Part shown: piece after piece, positions 56,852 to 64,000 of the stretch
How the letters are laid out: the number at the start of each line of letters is the position of its first letter
Numbering within the stretch: position 1 is the stretch's first letter
Assembly: GCF_009914755.1 (NCBI RefSeq)
Contig: NC_060942.1
From: the human T2T-CHM13v2.0 reference genome, Homo sapiens
Reading direction: 5' to 3' (one strand)
Length of the DNA stretch: 64,000 nt
Made by a program: the position numbers and the translations under genes
The notes under the pieces: model-generated
Database searches by the model: none
The model's input: only the letters and a program-made list of their open reading frames with translations
Told to the model about the DNA's origin: nothing

Positions 56852-58227
56852 TCTGGAAGCCAGTGGCGGTGTCCCCACGCAGAGCCACTGACCGGACGTG
56901 AGCCTCAGGGTGCTATCTGTCTGGGGCCTGGCAGCATGGTGTGGCCACAGGACCCACGGTGACAGGAGGCGATGGCAGGGAGCGAGCGCACCATCTCCTT
57001 AAGCAAATCAAGTCAGCAGGGCTGTGGAGAGCAGGGTGGCGAGAATCCGAGCGCCGAACTCCTGGGATTCTGTTTCTCACTCTGCTTGTCTCCATTTCCA
57101 CCACAACGTAAGAGAAACCATATTATTAAAATGACCCACATTAGCCTCTATGTTTTGTCAAATTTCATCACACTCCCTCAGAAGGCTGGAAGTGGAAAGG
57201 GGCGTTGGAATCGCAGCAGCGTCAGGCGTGTGGGCTGAGACAGGTTCAGCCTCACAGGCCCTGACCAGGGTGAGGACAGCAGGTGCCACTGAGGCAGCCA
57301 CATCTGGGACGGCACCAAATGCCGCCTCCTCAGGCACTCTGCCACCGCTGTTGTGTTGTGCTGTGTTGTGGCTTCCTGGGGGTGAGGAGGTGGAGGTTCT
57401 TTTGTTCGTTTAAGGAAGAAAATGATAAAGTGAAGCTTTGGTTCTCCTCCCTGTAGACTTTGCAGCCAGACTCTTCGATGAAAAACTGTCCTGGCAGTTT
57501 GCAGCGACTTTAACGGAACATGCTGATGGGGCTACCTACACCTTGGACACTTTTCCCTCAGCCCGGCCTGTTTTCCTGTTTCTCACATGCGCTTTCTCAC
57601 TTTCCAGCAGCCTCTTTCTCCTTTTTCAATCTCTCCTGTCTGGCCTTCCATTGTTATTCAGCCTGCTCATTGCTGCGGGCAGCCCGGACGTACTGGCCAT
57701 CATCTGAAACCACAAACGACAGCGCGCAATAAGCTGGAGAAAGCAGCAATCTAGGAAAGTTCTTCATTCACTCTTGTTCCTAACTCTCTGTCTTCTTATC
57801 CTACACAGAAAATAAAAAAATCAATACCGCCTCACAAGGCTTGATAAAAGTGCCGGCTGAGTACAGCAGGCATGCTGGATATAGTAAATTAAAGTGATCA
57901 AAACTTTCCAGTCGACTCTGCCTATAGCCCACATAAACTAACAGCCCTGTCTGTCGGATGCCCATCAGCTGGAAGCTTTATTTTATCGGTGCCTCTGATT
58001 ATCTGGGGAACGAATACATAGGCCTGCTTGGGTCCAGGAGTCCCTGTGTCCGTGTGTGAACATGGGTGGCCCTGGGAGAAATTCCACGGCGAGCCGAGAA
58101 CAGAGCCAGCAGTCTCCCAGGGGTGCATGTGGGTAGACGGGTGGGTGCCAACATGAGGACTTGCAGGCTTTGGCTCAGACATGGGGAGGGAGAAGCACCG
58201 GGCGGGAGACTGGGGGCTGGCCAGACT

Positions 58228-58420
58228 GTGCCCAGCCCTGCCCTGTGAGCCAGTGACCTTGGGTGAGTGACTTGGCCTCAGGAAGCTGAGTGGTTTTGTC
58301 TGCACAACAGCTGCAGTGATGGTGACAACAAAGGGACAGTATCACAAACCTCAGGTGGAGGTGTGAGAATCGTGAAGCAATGTCTACAAAACCCCTTCAG
58401 TGTGGTGAGTGCTCGCACAA
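58228..58420 (+). mobile_element. MIR SINE relic
   Basis: 'cccagccctgcc...gtgaccttgggtgagtgactt' MIR core. Confidence 0.6.
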
Positions 58421-59179
58421 TGTGTGAGCAGGTGCGCACACACATACACACACACACACGCACCATAAGAAACTGAAATCTGGTATGCTTTTCATCTCCG
58501 TAAGAGACAATTTTCCATCTAGGTAAACAAATCAGCATTCAGCGTGCATATTCCTAACAGACCAAATTATGAATAAATGTCATTTCAATAGCAGCTTTTT
58601 CTATACCATTTACCAACATAGAAATAAACATTTCATTTAGCTTTAGAGTGCAATTCGAATTAACTTGACTAAAATCCACTGGGCTGCCTTCAGTGAGAGA
58701 TGGAATATCTCTGCCATCTACAATGACAGCCGAGAAATCACTGGCATCACTACCATTAGCCCAATTCTCCCATCAAAACCCGTGACCCTAGCTAAGTAAC
58801 TGACATTTGTCCAATGCTGGAAATGAACTAATAGTTTCCATCGACCATCAGAGAAATGAAAAAGGAACCAGAGCAAATCAGCACGCCCTGGCCAGGGCAG
58901 AGAAATCAGGGATGGCCGCCAGGCAGCGCGGGAGCACAGGTGCAGCTAACGGCCAAATTCCACCCGTGAGCACACACGCACGCTTCCAGGTCCACACCAT
59001 GGGCCCAGACTGCCTCGGAGATCAAAGAATAAACTCAGGTATCTACGTTAGCTGCCTGGCCTTAGTGGGGCTCACACTCCGCCAAGAGTTTCCAGCTGCA
59101 AGGATGACCAGGCCCAGCCTGGGACCTGAGTGTCTGTGGAGGCAGAAGCAGGGCTGCTTTGCTGGCACAGGCCGAGAGC

Positions 59180-59400
59180 CGGGGAGGTGGGCAGGGAGGG
59201 GGCACAGCCCAGGAAGGCTGAGGGCCAGGGAGGTGGGCAGGGAGGGGGCACAGCCCAGGAAGGCTGAGGGCCAGGGAGGTGGGCAGGGCAGGGGCACAGC
59301 CCAGGAAGGCTGAGGGCCAGGGATGTGGGTAGGGCAGGAGCACCGACCAGGAAGACGTCGGGCCAGGGATGTGGGCAGGGCGGTAGCACAGTCCAGGAAG
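59180..59400. repeat. G-rich minisatellite, 46-bp unit, about 3.5 good copies plus degenerate ones
   Basis: gggaggtgggcagggagggggcacagcccaggaaggctgagggcca repeated. Confidence 0.93.
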
Positions 59401-59484
59401 GCCGCACGGAAGAGGAGACAGGTAGGGCGGGGCCAGAGCTCAGGAAGGCCACGAACCGGGAGACGGGCAGGGCAGGGCTGGAGC

Positions 59485-59652
59485 CCAGGCTCATACCTGG
59501 CTCGGCCTCTCTCAGTGCAGACCATCTCCAAACCTCGGTTTTCTCATGCATAAAATTGGGTTATGAAAGCTACATTTCAGTATGATTGAGAAGATTAAAG
59601 GGAATATATGCAGAACATATAATGTGATACCTGGGTTCAATAAATGGTAGCA
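59485..59652 (+). mobile_element. MIR SINE relic
   Basis: 'cctcggttttctcatgcataaaattggg...tgagaagattaaa...ttcaataaatggtag'. Confidence 0.7.
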
Positions 59653-59845
59653 AGTCTTACTGCAAAATCTGAAATGACCCACTAAAACCTGACCTAACCT
59701 TTTCCCCCACAGACAGGTGCTGACGAAAGACAGGAGATGAGCTGGGAAGGTGGACAGTCACGTGCAAAAGAAAAGAGGCAGAGAGGATGAATATTCCAAA
59801 CTCCCTTCTCTCAAGGGATGTGCATTTGCCCCAATTCAAACCAAC

Positions 59846-60019
59846 CTGTGGAGAGATGGGGCTGGTGGTTGCCCAGGGACCAGACCACTCGGCTTGATCT
59901 CAGCTGTGAAGAGATGGGGCTGGTGGTTGCCCAGGGACCAGACCACTTGGCTTGATCTCAGCTGTGAAGAGATGGGGCTGGTGGTTGCCCAGGGGCCAGA
60001 CCACTGAGCTTGATCTCAG
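59846..60019. repeat. Tandem repeat, 58 bp x3
   Basis: ctgtg(a/g)agagatggggctggtggttgcccaggg(a/g)ccagaccact..gcttgatctcag at 59846, 59904 and 59962. Confidence 0.95.
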
Positions 60020-60089
60020 GTCTGTCACCATGGGTAATAGCTGACCTTTAACAAACAAACATCTTACAAAAATTTCCAAACATGCATAA

Positions 60090-60542
<453 letters not shown>

Positions 60543-60630
60543 CGCTTTGTGTTGTTTTAAAGCAAATCCCGGGCATATTATCTCATTGGCAAACACCTCT
60601 GCTTGTTTAACCTAATCCTATCATCATCAC

Positions 60631-60932
<302 letters not shown>

Positions 60933-63529
60933 TATCACATCTTAAATACCTAACAAGTGTCTTCATATTATCAAATGCCCCAATTATCTCATAAATATCT
61001 ATGATTGTTGGCTTCTCTGAATCATAGCTGCCTTTTTCAAAGGGCAAAATCTGGGATACAAGAAGGTGTTCAGTCCAATTTTCAGGCAAAAGAGGCAGTG
61101 GCTTTGCATTGTCATCTGAGTTTTGCTACAAGCTCTAATCTGTCACCAAAATATCTGTCCCTCCAGTACTCAATAATGATGACATTTCTCTCCATTGGAG
61201 TCTCATCGGAGTTGGACAGTAATTGTCAGGAGGCCCCTGTTCCTTTGTCGTGGTTTTCCTTAAGGCTGACTCGTGTGGGTATCAATACTATTAATAGAAT
61301 TCTCCATCCACAATATGAGGAGTTTCCAGTCCTAGAAAGGTTTCCTTTAGGTTCAAATCTTTTATCTCAAAATCTTAGGCTACAGTAGAAAAATTAACAT
61401 CCAGAGATACCCTCCTGGCAACATGCAACCCTCAAACCAGCCCATCCTCTGTTGTCTGGGCGAAGACAAACCAAATGAGAAACACATTCTGCCCTCAGCC
61501 CCTGTCTGAAAAGCTTGGCTGGTGCAGCTCTGTCTTATTAAACGTCTTTCCCAGCTGTGATCTCCTTTCTTGACTCTTTTTAGAAAGGAAAAACAAATTC
61601 TCCCTAGACACACTGAAGGCTTAAGTCAAACTTCCCTCATTTCTTCTTGACCACTTTTTTATTCCCACCACATTTTATCTTCTCCCAGTCTGGCCGTTTG
61701 ATATATGTGCATATCACAAGCTTGTCTATATCAATGTACGTTATGTCTGTATGAGTCATGGCCCATTGGAGGCAAATGCTAGGTCTGGAAACCAAAGTGT
61801 CTGCTGGAGTTTCATTTTCATGGCCATACAAACCCCAAGGCGTGGCCAAGGCTGAATCACATAGAACTGACAAAAAGCATCAATACACAGAGATTCTCAG
61901 CCTCCCACACTGGCCCCACCGCAGACGGCCTGGGCCCCACCTGCCCAGGGCCTCTCCAGCTGGAAGCCAGGCTGAGGTGCTTCCCTCAGTAAGATTCTTA
62001 TCACCAGTTTATTAAAAGTTTATTCATAGTTAATACTCCAGACAGTTCTAATCTTATTGTCCAACATATAATTCTAGGAAGCATTTCATATTTTCAAAAA
62101 GGATGGGACTTAAAATGTACCCATTTAAAATGTAAATGAGCATAAAATATGTGCTCGTGATATTGAGTGAAACAGGCCAAGGTTATGCAACTTCTAGAAG
62201 GTGGCTCCCCCGGGCCTGCAGGGACAACAGGCCTGCTGGACAGTGGAGAAGGAAAGAAAAAAAGGGGGGAAAGTGTTTTCCCACCCTGCCCCCCCGACTC
62301 GTGAGCCTCCTAGCTGTCCCCTAGGGAAAGTGTGCTCACCAGCTCTCCTGCATTCACACCGAGTCCCCAAAAACTCTCCAGCAGAAGGACCTGCTCCCGC
62401 ACCCCTTCCCTCCACCAGCAAGACATAGCAGGGAGCGGGGAGCCGCAGGCTGAGGGGACGAGGGACACAGGGTCTCAGGCGCCCAGCACCAAGAGCTAGC
62501 ACCGTATGCCCCTGAGGCTGAGCGTTGGAGCCAGGCAGGACGAGGGCCGTCCCACCACAAACCCCCCCACCCCCGAGATGAGCCTGGGCTGGCAGCCGAG
62601 GAAGATCAACAGCTGCCCTCCAGTGCAGAACACCTGGCTTCAAAACCACGCTCATCATCTGCAGAATGAGATGAGACGCTCTCTGTCTCTCCTAGAGCAA
62701 AACAAAGACAGCAACAAAGAAAGGAAGGAAAGCAAATCACCTCCATGTAGATTTGTGTGTCCACTGCTCTTCCCCTCCCACACTGTTTTTACTCACGAAC
62801 TTGGTTTTGCCTCAGAGAAGGGCTGTGACTTCAATAACTCCCGTCACCAAGGAGTTGCTCAGTGCTGGACATCTAGGGTCATCCCTGGAACCTAAGACTC
62901 AGGTCTCCCAGAGCCCACGCATCCCCCAGCTAACAAGCATGGTCACCGACTCCTGCAGCAAACTGGCATGCGGGGCAGGGCCACCACCTCCACGAAGACA
63001 CTGGTACCACGGCCTGCATATGTCAGGCCTCAGCAAACACCGTGGAATTATTTTGGTAGCGACATCATACACCCCTCACAGCTCAGGCCTTTGGAACCTT
63101 AAGTTAAAGTGGCTGCTTTTTTAATCAATCTCATGATATGGTTGCTGATTTTATTTCACAAATAAATATCTTTCCATTGCCTTACCTTTGAAAGATAAAA
63201 TCTTATTCTATTCTAATTACATGACTATTATTTTAATGTGATTATTACAAAAAACCCAAAAAGCTCTAAAGCAAATAAAAGGTCATTCCTCCCCTCTGTG
63301 ACTTCGCAGATGCCTCCAGGCCTTACTTTCAAATCGCCCTCTTCTCTGAGGTGCTTAAAAAAAAGAAAAACTGGTTTGAGACATAAGGGACTTCAGTCTA
63401 CATCTATTTAAAGGTCTGACTGCAGATAATATTTCTTAAGTTCAACCCTCTAGGATGAGAACATGCATTTGCCTCCAAGCTTTCACCTCGCTTGTTTTAT
63501 GGGGCTTGATTAAATATAACATGTGACCC

Positions 63530-64000
63530 TGATATGGTTTGGTTCTGCGTCCTCACCACAATCTCATGCTCAGCTGTCACCCCCAGTGCTGGAGGTGGGG
63601 CCTGCTGGGAGGTGACGGGGCCATGGGGCGGTTTCTTGTGGTTTAATACCATCCCCTTGGCACTGTCGTCACGGTTGTGAGTTTCCGTGAGATCTGGCTG
63701 TTTGAAAGCGTGCGCCAACTCTCTCTCCTCCCCAACTCTCTCTCCTCCCCAAATCTCTCTCCTCCCCAACTCTCCCTCCTCCCCAACTCTCTCTCCTCCC
63801 CAACTCTCTCTCCTCCCCAACTCTCCCTCCTCCCCAACTCTCTCTCCTCCCCAACTCTCTCTCCTCCCCAACTCTCTCTCTCCTCCTGCTCCCCCTTCGC
63901 CTTCCCCCATGATTGAACATTTCCAGAGGCCTCCCCAGAAGCCAAGCAGAGGCCGGCAGCATGCTTCCTGCACAGCCTGTGGGACTGTGAGCCCATTAAT
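63530..64000 (+). mobile_element. MaLR LTR, MSTA-like, running off the window end
   Basis: 'tgatatggtttggttctgcgtcc...ggaggtggggcctgctgggaggtga...gagatctggctgtttgaaag...gaggcctccccagaagccaagcag'. Confidence 0.88.
63715..63885. repeat. Polypyrimidine minisatellite, about 18-20 bp unit (ccaactctctctcctccc), about 9 copies, inside the MST LTR
   Basis: Directly visible tandem repeat. Confidence 0.95.

Overview
This is primate (human-like) genomic DNA, not microbial. It contains about 14 Alu SINEs, a near full-length but decayed primate L1, older L1M/L2/MIR/MaLR relics, and an unusually dense set of GC-rich minisatellites, a composition typical of distal/subtelomeric regions. I cannot support any protein-coding gene, RNA gene, CRISPR array or new enzymatic system. 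The long ORFs come from tandem repeats, Alu/L1 remnants or GC-rich chance. The most interesting signals read directly from the sequence are: (1) two short inverted copies of internal pieces of the local L1 (66 bp and 120 bp), one inserted upstream of it and one inside it; (2) an ancient L1 3' end that appears rewritten towards G/C into a CpG-island-like stretch; (3) a 46-bp minisatellite carrying two exact PRDM9/Myers 13-mers; (4) a young AluY with 4 of 5 Ya5 diagnostic bases inside a GATA/24-mer array; and (5) several AT-rich unique blocks that look like conserved enhancers, plus candidate non-coding exons. Repeat subfamily names come from remembered consensus sequences and need RepeatMasker/Dfam confirmation. 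Boundaries of old elements are approximate.
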